Assembly (NCBI GenBank): GCA_965242925.1 | Contig: CBDEUM010000013.1 | Location: 1-64,000, forward strand | Source: Roseibacillus sp. | GTDB taxonomy: Bacteria > Verrucomicrobiota > Verrucomicrobiia > Verrucomicrobiales > Akkermansiaceae | DNA length: 64,000 nucleotides | Direction of reading: 5' to 3' | In this document: piece after piece, positions 10,028 to 19,754 of the stretch | Layout: each line of letters opens with the position of its first letter | Numbering within the stretch: the stretch's first letter is position 1 | Translations under genes and position numbers: made by a program | The notes under the pieces: model-generated | Told to the model about the DNA's origin: nothing | Database searches by the model: none | The model's input: the letters and a program-made list of their open reading frames with translations, nothing else

Positions 10028-10071
10028 CCTCCCATAGCTCAGTTGGATAGAGCAACGAATTTCTAATCCGG
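10028..10071 (+). pseudogene. Truncated tRNA-Arg(UCU): 5' half only
   Basis: CCTCCCA-TA-GCTC-AGTTGGATA-GAGC-A-ACGAA-TTTCTAA-TCCGG gives the acceptor 5' strand, a perfect D-arm and a TCT anticodon loop on a mismatched stem. No GGTTCGA T-arm or acceptor 3' strand follows. Confidence 0.8.
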
Positions 10072-10097
10072 GAAACCTGCACACCCTGCCCAGAAGA

Positions 10098-11597
10098 GTG
10101 AAACGCCGCCGCTTTATTCAAACCACCACCGCCGCTTCGGGAGCAGGCCTGTCCACATCCTCGAATTCCCGCGCCGAGGCTGGCCGCAGACCCCGTAAAC
10201 CCAATCTTGTCATCATCCACTGTGATGAGCTGAACTTCCGCACCCTCGGATGTTACCGCGCCACCCTGCCCCCCGAGCAGGCCTTCATGTGGGGCAGAGC
10301 GAAGGGGGCAATCTGTGAAACGCCGCATATCGATCGCATTGCCGCAGAAGGGGTGCTCTGCACCAAATTCTACGCCGCCACCCCCGTCTGCTCACCTTCG
10401 CGTTCGTCCTTCATCAGCGGGCAGTATCCGCAGAACACACCGGTCACCAACAATAATCTTCACCTCAGCGACGAGGTGGTCTCCTTTGCAGAACTGCTCA
10501 AAGGAGCCGGATACGCTACTGGCTACGCTGGCAAGTGGCATCTCGATGGCCAGGCCAAACCGCAGTGGGCGCCCAGACGCAAGTTCGGCTTCGAAGACAA
10601 CCGCTACATGTTCAACCGCGGACACTGGAAGCAGTTTGAGGACACCCCGCAGGGGCCGCGGGTGAAAGCCCGCAAGAACGGGAAGCCGGACTATGCGGTG
10701 AAAGGCGCCGACGAAAATTCCTTTGCCACCGACTTCCTCTCCGCCAAGGCGATGAGATTCATCGACGAGCACAAGGACGAGCCGTTCTGCTACATGTTGA
10801 GCATCCCCGATCCCCACGGACCGGACACCGTCCGGGCCCCCTATGACACCATGTTCGACGACACCGTGGTAGAGAAGCCACGCACCTTCGAGAAGAATGG
10901 CAAGCAGGCTCCCAACTGGGCCAAGCCCACCCCCAAGTGCCACTACAAGATGGCGCAGTACCACGGGATGATGAAGTGCATTGATGACAATGTGGGCCGG
11001 ATCACCAGGCACCTCGAAAAACTCGGGCTGTTGGACGACACCATTCTCATCTTCACCGCTGACCACGGCGACATGCGTGGCGAGCACCACCGTCAGAACA
11101 AGGGCGTACCCCTGGAAGCCTCCGCCAAGGTGCCTTTCATGATCCGTTACCCCAAATCCATTCCTGCCGACCGCCGGATCGATCACGTCCTCAACACGGT
11201 CGACTTTCTTCCCACCCTGCTCGCCCTGATCGAAGTGGATACGGCCGGTCGCGAGGAAGGACGCGACTGCTCCAACATCCTGACCACCGGGCAACCTCCC
11301 AGAGGATGGAGCGATGTCACCTTCCTGCGCTCCACCGGACAACCCAAGGGCGACCGTGTGGGCTGGGTTGCGGCGGTCACTCCGCGCTACAAGCTCATTC
11401 TCTCCAGCGAGGAAGAACCGTGGCTCCTGGATCTGAAGGAGGATCCCGACGAACTGACCAACTTCATCCGTGGTCCGCACCACCGCAACGTGGCGAAATC
11501 TCTCGCCCAGGACCTTGTCGCCTACGGGAAAAAGTTCAAGGACCCCTACTGCTCCCACCCCACCGTAGAGGCCCAGCTCAAGGCCCTGGCAGCATAG
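10098..11597 (+). CDS. Sulfatase (Cys-type), Tat-exported
   Basis: KRRRFIQ twin-Arg signal; PNLVIIHCDE, CSPSRSS, GKWHL, FTADHG. Confidence 0.92.
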   Translation: MKRRRFIQTTTAASGAGLSTSSNSRAEAGRRPRKPNLVIIHCDELNFRTLGCYRATLPPEQAFMWGRAKGAICETPHIDRIAAEGVLCTKFYAATPVCSPSRSSFISGQYPQNTPVTNNNLHLSDEVVSFAELLKGAGYATGYAGKWHLDGQAKPQWAPRRKFGFEDNRYMFNRGHWKQFEDTPQGPRVKARKNGKPDYAVKGADENSFATDFLSAKAMRFIDEHKDEPFCYMLSIPDPHGPDTVRAPYDTMFDDTVVEKPRTFEKNGKQAPNWAKPTPKCHYKMAQYHGMMKCIDDNVGRITRHLEKLGLLDDTILIFTADHGDMRGEHHRQNKGVPLEASAKVPFMIRYPKSIPADRRIDHVLNTVDFLPTLLALIEVDTAGREEGRDCSNILTTGQPPRGWSDVTFLRSTGQPKGDRVGWVAAVTPRYKLILSSEEEPWLLDLKEDPDELTNFIRGPHHRNVAKSLAQDLVAYGKKFKDPYCSHPTVEAQLKALAA

Positions 11598-11774
11598 CCC
11601 CGTGGGCCCCGGTTCCCGGGAGAAGCCCCCTTGAAAATAATAAACAAACTCAGGCCCCGTGAGCGCTAGAGCCCATCTTATTCAAAAGACCTGATTTTTT
11701 TCACCTGCGGCCATCTTTTTCCTTCCTAAGGATCATTTAGACGCGTATCTAGCGTCGCCCATCTCACCTGCCCC

Positions 11775-13556
11775 ATGAGTTCAGTAGGCGCCTCTCCCCA
11801 GGCAACGCAAGACGACGCTCTGCGGAATGTTGTAATCCGCTTGGCTGGAAATTCCCAGGACGGGATCCAGAGCATTGGAGGAATGCTCGGTCGTCTGGCC
11901 GGGCGGACCGCTCGGGAGGTCATGACCCACATGACCATCCCCTCCACCATCTCGGGTGGCCCCTCCATCTACCAGGTCCACCTGGGTTCCGGAGAGGTTC
12001 TCCACGCAGGTGATGTTGCAGATGTGCTGGTCGCCTTCTACCAGCACAGCTACGACGATCATCTTGACTCCCTCAAGGAGGGTGGGATCTGCCTCTACGA
12101 CTCCGAAAAGGTGGAGGAGACCAGAGACGAGCGTGGAATTCACCACATTGGGGTGCCCTTCACCTCAGCCACCGTGGAAGCCATCGGCGGAACCGCCAAG
12201 GATCGCGGCAAGAACATTTTCGTGCTGGGACTCCTCTGCGCCATGTTCCATCTCGACAGGGAAAAGCTCGTCGGCATCATCGAGCGTCAATTTGGCCGCA
12301 AGGGTGAGGACATCCTGCGTAACTGCATGAATGCCTTCGATGCAGGCTACGCCTTCCAGACCACCGACCTCCGCCAGTTCCGCTTTGCGCCTGGGGAAGC
12401 GACCCACTCCAAGCGCATCTCTTCCGATGGCAACACCATGCTTGGACTGGGATTGATCGCCTCTGGCGTGCGCTACGGAGCAGGCTATCCCATCACTCCA
12501 TGGTCGAGTATCATGGAACTGCTGCGCCGCGAACTTCCAAAGTATGGCGGCATCTTCGTCCAGGCCGAAGATGAACTTGCCGCGGTCTCCATTGCCATCG
12601 GGGCTTCCTATGCCGGCCATCTTGCCGTGACCGGCAGTTCCGGACCCGGCCTTGCCCTCAAGGCGGAGGCTATTGGATACGCCTGCATGGCGGAACTGCC
12701 TCTTCTTGTCATCAACGTCCAACGAGGTGGCCCCTCCACCGGCCTGCCAACTTCAGTCGAACAAAGCGACCTCCTGCAGGCCATCTACGGCTCCCACGGC
12801 GACAGCCCGCGGATCGTGGTGGCACCCAAGGATGTGGAAGATTGCTTCTACATCGCGCTGGAAGCGGCTCAACTGGCCAGGCGTTACAGTTGCCCGGTCA
12901 TCATCCTCAGTGACCAGGCTCTTGCCACCCGCATCGAAGCCTTCAATGAGCCCAACCTCGACGAACACTGGATCGAACCCGAACTCGACCTGAGCGAAAG
13001 GGGCGAAGACTTCAAGCCATACCCCCTCGACGGGCTAACCCGGCATGCCCCTCCCGGATCCCCCATGCCGGAAGGAACCTACCCCAAGGTCACCGGCTTG
13101 GAGCACGACGAGAAGGGCCACCCTTCCGGTAATCCGGTTAATCACCAGAAAATGACCGAGAAGCGCCGCCGCAAGCTGGTCAGTCTGGCCGCCGACCTGC
13201 CGCTCCCGGAAGTCTACCGCGAAGAGGACGGGGAGATCCTTCTGATGGGATGGGGTTCCACCTATGGCCCGATCCGTGAAGCCTGTGACCGCCTGCGGGA
13301 CAAAGGCCTCTGTGCCAGCGCCACCCACATCCGCCATCTCCATCCCCTCCCCGCCGGCCTCGACGAACTGCTCGCCAGATTTGAGCACGTCTTTGTGATC
13401 GAAATGAACGATTCGGGCGTCTACGGCCACGGCCAGCTCGCCACCATCCTGCGGAGCGCCAGCTGCAACCCCGCCATCCACTCCATCTGCAAGACCGATG
13501 GCCTGGCTTACCGGGTCAGCGAAATTGTGGATGGGGTCGACAACTTCCTCGCCTGA
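11775..13556 (+). CDS. korA: 2-oxoacid:acceptor (ferredoxin) oxidoreductase alpha subunit
   Basis: Gamma-like N-terminal domain, then GYPITP, QAEDELAA, SSGPGLALK, VQRGGPSTGLPT. Substrate not determinable from sequence. Confidence 0.9.
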   Translation: MSSVGASPQATQDDALRNVVIRLAGNSQDGIQSIGGMLGRLAGRTAREVMTHMTIPSTISGGPSIYQVHLGSGEVLHAGDVADVLVAFYQHSYDDHLDSLKEGGICLYDSEKVEETRDERGIHHIGVPFTSATVEAIGGTAKDRGKNIFVLGLLCAMFHLDREKLVGIIERQFGRKGEDILRNCMNAFDAGYAFQTTDLRQFRFAPGEATHSKRISSDGNTMLGLGLIASGVRYGAGYPITPWSSIMELLRRELPKYGGIFVQAEDELAAVSIAIGASYAGHLAVTGSSGPGLALKAEAIGYACMAELPLLVINVQRGGPSTGLPTSVEQSDLLQAIYGSHGDSPRIVVAPKDVEDCFYIALEAAQLARRYSCPVIILSDQALATRIEAFNEPNLDEHWIEPELDLSERGEDFKPYPLDGLTRHAPPGSPMPEGTYPKVTGLEHDEKGHPSGNPVNHQKMTEKRRRKLVSLAADLPLPEVYREEDGEILLMGWGSTYGPIREACDRLRDKGLCASATHIRHLHPLPAGLDELLARFEHVFVIEMNDSGVYGHGQLATILRSASCNPAIHSICKTDGLAYRVSEIVDGVDNFLA

Positions 13557-13611
13557 CCAACCTGCACCTCCCCCGGCCTCCATTCCTCACCGTTCCCAAC
13601 CTCTAAAAGCG

Positions 13612-14511
13612 ATGTCTGACTCCCAGTCCGCCCACCCGGAAGAGAAGCTTACCAAGAAGCAGCTCAAGGCCGACCATCCCACCTGGTGTCCTGCCTGCGG
13701 TGACTTCGCCGTCCTCGCCTCTTTCTTCAACGTTATTCAGAAACTCAGACTGACCCAGACCGAATTCACCTGTGTGGCCGGGATTGGGTGCTCGAGCCGT
13801 ATCCCCTACTTCGTCAATTCACACGGTATCCACTTCATTCACGGGCGAGCCCTCCCCCTTGCAACGGGAATCTCCCTGAGCCGCCCGGACCAACACATAT
13901 TCGTCTTCGGAGGCGACGGTGATGGATTCTCCATCGGGGGCAACCACCTCAACCACGCCGCACGAAAGAACATCAACCTCACCTACGTCATCATGGACAA
14001 CTTTGTCTATGGATTGACCAAGAATCAGACGAGTCCAACCACACCCATCGGCCGCCGCTCCAAGACCGATCCCCAGGGCTCGGTGGACCGTCCCATCAAC
14101 CCCATGATGCAGCTTCTCGGCAGTGGAGCCACCTTCATCGCCCGCTCGCATGCCACTCACGTCAAGCACATGAATGAGATGTTCGAACGAGCGGTGAAGC
14201 ACAATGGATTCTCCGTGGTAGAAGTGCTTTCCGAATGCACGATGTTTTATCCAGGCGCCTTTGATTCCGCCATCCCGCGAAAGGGCGGCCAGTTTGACCT
14301 CATCGACGAAGAGGAGCACAACCTCACCAGTATCAACGAGGCTTTTGGACTGGCCCAACTCGAGTTCCCTGGGAAATTCGGGGTCTTCTACCAGAGCGAA
14401 CGGCCCAGCAAGAACGACCTTGAGCAAAAGTGGATCAACGAGATCCATGACAAGCAGGGCGATCTCGCTCCCCAGGATCTCATGCGGCAAAACTTCGCCG
14501 CCATGCAATAG
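13612..14511 (+). CDS. korB: 2-oxoacid:acceptor oxidoreductase beta subunit (TPP-binding)
   Basis: WCPACGD, GIGCSSR, HGRA, GGDGD...DNFVYGLTKNQ; start taken at ATG 13612. Confidence 0.9.
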   Translation: MSDSQSAHPEEKLTKKQLKADHPTWCPACGDFAVLASFFNVIQKLRLTQTEFTCVAGIGCSSRIPYFVNSHGIHFIHGRALPLATGISLSRPDQHIFVFGGDGDGFSIGGNHLNHAARKNINLTYVIMDNFVYGLTKNQTSPTTPIGRRSKTDPQGSVDRPINPMMQLLGSGATFIARSHATHVKHMNEMFERAVKHNGFSVVEVLSECTMFYPGAFDSAIPRKGGQFDLIDEEEHNLTSINEAFGLAQLEFPGKFGVFYQSERPSKNDLEQKWINEIHDKQGDLAPQDLMRQNFAAMQ

Positions 14512-14674
14512 GACGAAACCGAGCGCGGGTTTTGACCCAATATGTGCCCGCTCGGGGCCAATTCCAGTCCGGGACGGGCAGGAGCCGGTCCTGAGACCCA
14601 TCAGGATTTGGAATCTCTCCCTCTCCTGTCTCACACTCTTGCGACCGGGCGAAACAGCCCATAGCGTCGGCGCG

Positions 14675-17278
14675 ATGATTCGGACCACGGTCACTCTGCT
14701 CTCTCTCTGCGCCGGCCTCGCCCAGCCACTCGCGGCCCAGGACCGGGCGCACGCCCTTCTTCCCTCACCCTTTGGCTCTTACGGAGAGAACGGCCTGCCG
14801 TTCTTCGGTCAGACCCTGGATGCCCGCCATCTCGGTGACCCGTGGCCGACAGACAATCTCACTCCCCGCGGCATCATCCTGAATCTCGGACACGGGATCC
14901 ACGCCTGCTTTGATCCAGACCTGCTTCGCATCGCCCTGATCTGGCAGGAACACGCTCCCGGCGATTACCTGACCATGAGCGGCATGGCTCCGGGTTCCTA
15001 CCGTCAGCCCCACCGCAAAGCCGCCGCAGGACAGGCGGCCCTGCCGAGACCTGTTGGCACACCTCTCTTTGCCACCGGCATGCATCCGGGGATGCTCGCA
15101 GGATCCCCACCCGCCCTGGAAGATCCCCGCTCTCCGTCAATCGACGGGGAAGAGAAGGGACTTGGCCCCCTTCCCCCGCATATCGGTCTCTGGATCGGAC
15201 TCGGCATGGATCGACGAGGTCCGGTCCTCGCATATGAAATCCAGGGAGTCCCCATCGAAGAACAATGGGAAATCTCCCTCGACACCGACAAGACCCCGAT
15301 TCGATTTCAGCGAATCCTGAGAGTCGGACCCGGCAACCAACGACTCACCATTTACCTCCCTCCCGCTCCTCCGGTCAGCCTGATGCCCTCCGATATGGCC
15401 CGGAAGTGGATCATAACCTACAACCTTTCCAGGCGATCCGCTGATCCGACCCGGCAAAGCAGCAAGGAACCTCACGTTTTCGACCCCCACCCGCGCATCT
15501 GGGAAAAGACGGTCCCCACGAAACTGAATCCAGGGCAGAAGCCTGGCAACGAAGCCTTTGTCCGCGAGGAAATCCCACTCCCTCTTCCCAATCCGTGGAA
15601 ACGCAACGTCCGGCCCTCAGATTTCGATTTCTTTCCCGACGGCAGACTCGCGCTCCTTACCTTCGACGGGGACGTCTGGATTGCGGACGATGTGACCGGC
15701 AGGCGGAAGCACATCACCTGGCAACGCTTTGCGGGAGGTCTGCATGAACCGATGGGGATCCGCATCGTGGACGGTCAGGTCGTGGTCTTTGATCGTAATG
15801 GTCTCGTGACCCTGCGCGACCGTGACCGGAACGGTGAAGCCGACTTCTACGCGAATCTCTGCAGCCTGCCGGCTCAGACCGGGGAGACCCGTGAGTTCGC
15901 GATGGGTTTCGAACTCAAGCCCGAGGGCGGATTCTTTCTCTCCAAGGGAGGACAGGTTCACGGACCGCGTGGCAAACTCAACGGGACCATCCTGGAGGTC
16001 TCCGCCGATGGAAAAACCATGAAGGTGATTGCCACGGGCCTGCGTCAACCCTTCCTCGGCGTGGACCCGGTCAGCGGCACCCTGACGGCCAGCGACCAGC
16101 AGGGCCACTGGGTACCTTCTACCCCGCTTCATGTCATCAAGCCCGGTTCATACTACGGATTCCAACCCGTCCGACTCGGTCCCAAGGCCAACGAGGGCAG
16201 AACCATCAATGAACCTCCCCTCTGGATTCCACACTTCGTCAACCAGTCCGGCGCCCGTCAGGTCTGGCTCCGAAACGCCAGGATGGCCACCCTCAATGAC
16301 AGCCTCATACACGTCGGATACAATCAGCCCGCCCTTTTCAGGATCTACCTTGATGCCCACGGCCAACAGGGCGCGGTCGCACCGCTGCTCACCGATTTTC
16401 CGACCGGCCTGCTGAGCGGCCGTGTCAATCCCGTCGATGGACGACTCTACGTGGGAGGGTTCAATCTCTGGGGAACGACCGGCAAGGAAATCCAGGGACT
16501 TTACCGGGTCCGTCCCACGGGAAAACCCTCTTCCCTGCCCTCCACCGTCCGTGCCTTCAAGGAAGGTGTGGTCCTCAGGTTTGATCATCCCCTCGATCAC
16601 GATCACGCGACCAGCATGTCTCGCTACAGTGTTGATCGCTGGAACTATCAACGCACCCCTAACTACGGATCGGGCCATTTCCGACCCGACGGAAGTCCCG
16701 GACAGGAGCCTCTCGCCATCTCCTGCATCTACCTTTCCGAGGACCATCAGTCGGTGTTTCTCGGCATCCCGGGAATGAAACCCATCCACAGCCTGCGGGT
16801 CACCTGCCGGTTAGAGCCCCGCTCGGCACAGGCGGTCTACCTGAGCATCAAGGCTCTCACCCCGATCAACCTGACAGAACTGGGCTTTGAGGAGACGAAA
16901 GTCCATCTCGCCTCCCCGACGATTGCAGCCGGCGCACCCCGCGAAAACCCCACCGCGGAAAGAGGAAGCCTAATCGCCACCAGATACGGTTGCCTGGCCT
17001 GCCACAGCACCGACGGCACGAAAAAGGTGACCGAGGAACCCAGCCTGGTGGTTGGGCCCACCTGGAAGGGCCTTTTCCAATCGGAGCGCACCCTCGTCGA
17101 CGATTCCACCCTGCAGGCGGACGAGTCCTATCTCCGGGAATCCATCCTCCATCCGGCCAAGCGGGTGGCCAGGGGATTCGAGACACAGAAAACCGGGGTG
17201 GGCATGCCTTCCTACCTCGGCGTCCTCAACGAAAACCAGCTCACCTCCCTCATCCTCTATCTCAAATCGCTGCGCTAA
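14675..17278 (+). CDS. Secreted DUF6797-like / beta-propeller dehydrogenase-like protein with C-terminal cytochrome c
   Basis: Signal peptide MIRTTVTLLSL. ACFDPDLLR N-domain; propeller repeats (FAGGLHEPMG, ATGLRQP, DQQGHWVP); CLACH heme motif, YLRESILHP, MPSY. Confidence 0.75.
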   Translation: MIRTTVTLLSLCAGLAQPLAAQDRAHALLPSPFGSYGENGLPFFGQTLDARHLGDPWPTDNLTPRGIILNLGHGIHACFDPDLLRIALIWQEHAPGDYLTMSGMAPGSYRQPHRKAAAGQAALPRPVGTPLFATGMHPGMLAGSPPALEDPRSPSIDGEEKGLGPLPPHIGLWIGLGMDRRGPVLAYEIQGVPIEEQWEISLDTDKTPIRFQRILRVGPGNQRLTIYLPPAPPVSLMPSDMARKWIITYNLSRRSADPTRQSSKEPHVFDPHPRIWEKTVPTKLNPGQKPGNEAFVREEIPLPLPNPWKRNVRPSDFDFFPDGRLALLTFDGDVWIADDVTGRRKHITWQRFAGGLHEPMGIRIVDGQVVVFDRNGLVTLRDRDRNGEADFYANLCSLPAQTGETREFAMGFELKPEGGFFLSKGGQVHGPRGKLNGTILEVSADGKTMKVIATGLRQPFLGVDPVSGTLTASDQQGHWVPSTPLHVIKPGSYYGFQPVRLGPKANEGRTINEPPLWIPHFVNQSGARQVWLRNARMATLNDSLIHVGYNQPALFRIYLDAHGQQGAVAPLLTDFPTGLLSGRVNPVDGRLYVGGFNLWGTTGKEIQGLYRVRPTGKPSSLPSTVRAFKEGVVLRFDHPLDHDHATSMSRYSVDRWNYQRTPNYGSGHFRPDGSPGQEPLAISCIYLSEDHQSVFLGIPGMKPIHSLRVTCRLEPRSAQAVYLSIKALTPINLTELGFEETKVHLASPTIAAGAPRENPTAERGSLIATRYGCLACHSTDGTKKVTEEPSLVVGPTWKGLFQSERTLVDDSTLQADESYLRESILHPAKRVARGFETQKTGVGMPSYLGVLNENQLTSLILYLKSLR

Positions 17279-17353
17279 ACTGGCTCGACCCTGCCAGTGG
17301 CAGACGCTTACATCGCCCCTGCCCACTCCGCCGAGCCTCCCCGCGCCTCTCCC

Positions 17354-18883
17354 ATGTCGAAACCCCAGGTCTTCCAGCTCCACGCGGACGACAATGTCGT
17401 GGTAGCGGGCGGAATTCTGGAGGCCGACGAAGCAGTGGAGGGCTCCGCCATCCGCCCAGCTACCCGGCTCCCAAGCGGACACAAGATGGCTGTGAAGTCC
17501 ATCGCCGCCGGTCAGAGCGTTTTCAAGTTCGGGCAGATCATCGGACAGGCCACCTGTGACATTTCTCCGGGCGAGCACGTCCACGAACACAACCTCGCCA
17601 TGTCGGATCATGGTGGCGACTACGCCTACGCCAGGGACGCTCGCGAGACGGAACTGGTCGCGGAAGACCAACGCGCAACCTTTCAAGGATATCGCCGGGG
17701 TGACGGAAAGGTCGGCACCCGTAACTACGTGGGCATCCTCACCTCGGTCAACTGCTCCGCCACCGTGGCCTCCCTCATCGCACGGGAGGTGGAAAAGCGA
17801 GCAGTCCTGGACGACTTCCCCAACGTCGATGGCATTGTGGCCCTCACCCATGGCACGGGCTGTGCGGTGAGCACCATGAACGAGGGCTTTCGCATGCTGC
17901 AACGCACCATCTGGGGACATGTCCGCCACCCCAACTTCGGGGCGGTCATGATGGTCGGGCTTGGCTGCGAAGCCAACCAGATCCCCCTCATGGTCGAGCA
18001 CTTTGGCAAGCCCCCCGAGGGCAGCTTTCATCTGGAGACCATCCAGCATAACGGTGGCACGCGCAAGACGATCGAGTCCTGCCTCGACCGCCTGTATAGC
18101 GAGATTCTTCCCCGGGCCAACCAGGCCCGGCGTGAACCGGTCCCCGTGAGTGAGCTCCGCGTGGCCCTGCAGTGCGGTGGTTCCGATGGACTCTCCGGAA
18201 TCACCGCCAACCCGGCCCTCGGCCTGGCCGTCGACCGGCTCATCGCCCAGGGCGGATCCGCCATTCTGGCCGAGACCCCGGAGGTCTACGGAGCGGAGCA
18301 TCTCCTCACCCGGCGGGCCGCCACCCGGGAAGTCGGCGAGAAGCTCATCTCCCTCATCCGTTGGTGGGAAGACTACGTTGCCAAGCTCGACGGCGACATC
18401 AGCAACAACCCTGCTCCCGGGAACAAGCTCGGCGGCCTCACCACCATCCTGGAGAAATCACTGGGGGCCATCAGCAAGGGCGGCACTACCAGCCTGCAGT
18501 CAGTCCTCAGGTACGCCGAGCCGGTGCAGGGACCAGGGCTCCATTTCATGGACAGTCCCGGCTACGATCCCATGTCGATTACGGGGGAAGTGGCCTCCGG
18601 CGCCAATCTTATCTGCTTCACCACCGGACGCGGTTCGGTCTACGGCAACAAACCCTGCCCTTCCCTCAAGATCGCGAGCAACTCCGACATGTTCCAGCGC
18701 ATGGAGGAAGACATGGACCTCAATGCAGGGACCATTGCGGACGGCTCCGAAAGTCACGAGGAAGTCGCCAATCGCATCCTCGTGCGCATGATTGAAGTGG
18801 CCGGTGGCTCCCCCACCAAATCCGAGGCCCAGGGTTTCGGCGATCACGAGTTCGTGCCCTGGAGCATCTCGGCCATCACGTAA
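17354..18883 (+). CDS. UxaA/GarD-family sugar-acid dehydratase (altronate dehydratase-like, SAF + GD_AH domains)
   Basis: DNVVVA, GHKMA, HVHEHN, GTRNY, SVNCSA, GLGCE, QCGGSD, GNKLGGLTTILEKSLG, FTTGRGS. Confidence 0.9.
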   Translation: MSKPQVFQLHADDNVVVAGGILEADEAVEGSAIRPATRLPSGHKMAVKSIAAGQSVFKFGQIIGQATCDISPGEHVHEHNLAMSDHGGDYAYARDARETELVAEDQRATFQGYRRGDGKVGTRNYVGILTSVNCSATVASLIAREVEKRAVLDDFPNVDGIVALTHGTGCAVSTMNEGFRMLQRTIWGHVRHPNFGAVMMVGLGCEANQIPLMVEHFGKPPEGSFHLETIQHNGGTRKTIESCLDRLYSEILPRANQARREPVPVSELRVALQCGGSDGLSGITANPALGLAVDRLIAQGGSAILAETPEVYGAEHLLTRRAATREVGEKLISLIRWWEDYVAKLDGDISNNPAPGNKLGGLTTILEKSLGAISKGGTTSLQSVLRYAEPVQGPGLHFMDSPGYDPMSITGEVASGANLICFTTGRGSVYGNKPCPSLKIASNSDMFQRMEEDMDLNAGTIADGSESHEEVANRILVRMIEVAGGSPTKSEAQGFGDHEFVPWSISAIT

Positions 18884-18948
18884 CATTACCACACCTGGAC
18901 GGGACATTCAGGCTTCCAGACCCTGCCAGTTTTCCTACCCTCCTCTCC

Positions 18949-19707
18949 ATGTCGAACTACTCCCTCTCCGGCCATGTCGCCCTCGTCACCGGCAGCAGCA
19001 AGGGCCTCGGGGCCTCCATCGTGCGCAACCTCGCCTCCGCCGGAGCCTCCGTGGCGGTCAACGCCTTCAACAACGTCGAGCGGGCCCGGGAAGTGGCCGA
19101 TGAAATCAACGAAGGTGGGGGTAACGCCATCGCAGTCGGAGCGGATGTGACCAAATCGGACGAAATCACCGCCCTGGTGGAGGAAACGGCCAGCAAACTG
19201 GGGCCTATCGACATTGTCGTCCCCAACGCCACCGGATCGCAACCCCTCAAGCCGATCGAGGAATACGACGAAGCTCTTTACCAGGAAATGTACGAATTCT
19301 TCGTCAAGAGCCCCTTCCTCCTCGCCCAGGCCACCCTCCCCGGCATGAAGGAACAGAAGTGGGGACGAATCGTGAACATCATCAGCGAAGTCTTCTCCAG
19401 CTCCGTCCCCAATTTCTCCGCCTATGTGGCGGCCAAGGGCGGGCAGATCGGCTGGTCGCGCTCCATGGCGCGCGAACTCGCTTCCTTCGGCATCACCGTC
19501 AACATGGTGGGTCCCGGCTGGATCCCGGTGGAACGCCATGCCGACGATCCCCAGGAGGACAAGGATGCCTACCTGGCCCAGATTCCCATGGGCCGCTGGG
19601 GCGTGCCCGAGGACGTTGCCCACGCCGTCCGCTTCTTCGCTTCGGAAGAGGCCTCTTTCATCACGGGCCAGACTCTCTATGTGAACGGCGGAATGACGCC
19701 GTGGTAA
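18949..19707 (+). CDS. Short-chain dehydrogenase/reductase
   Basis: TGSSKGLG, YVAAK catalytic motif, ITVNMVGPG, ITGQTLYVNGG. Confidence 0.9.
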   Translation: MSNYSLSGHVALVTGSSKGLGASIVRNLASAGASVAVNAFNNVERAREVADEINEGGGNAIAVGADVTKSDEITALVEETASKLGPIDIVVPNATGSQPLKPIEEYDEALYQEMYEFFVKSPFLLAQATLPGMKEQKWGRIVNIISEVFSSSVPNFSAYVAAKGGQIGWSRSMARELASFGITVNMVGPGWIPVERHADDPQEDKDAYLAQIPMGRWGVPEDVAHAVRFFASEEASFITGQTLYVNGGMTPW

Positions 19708-19754
19708 GCCAGCATCCGCTTGAGATTGCTAATCGGGAAACGGACGACTCGCCG

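Noticed and set aside
11631..11705. FNR-like and CRP-like boxes upstream of korA
   Set aside because: Two to three mismatches each in an AT-rich patch; not distinguishable from chance.
14261..14674. N-terminal extension of the cytochrome c/propeller ORF
   Set aside because: Overlaps korB in another frame. The signal peptide starts at ATG 14675.
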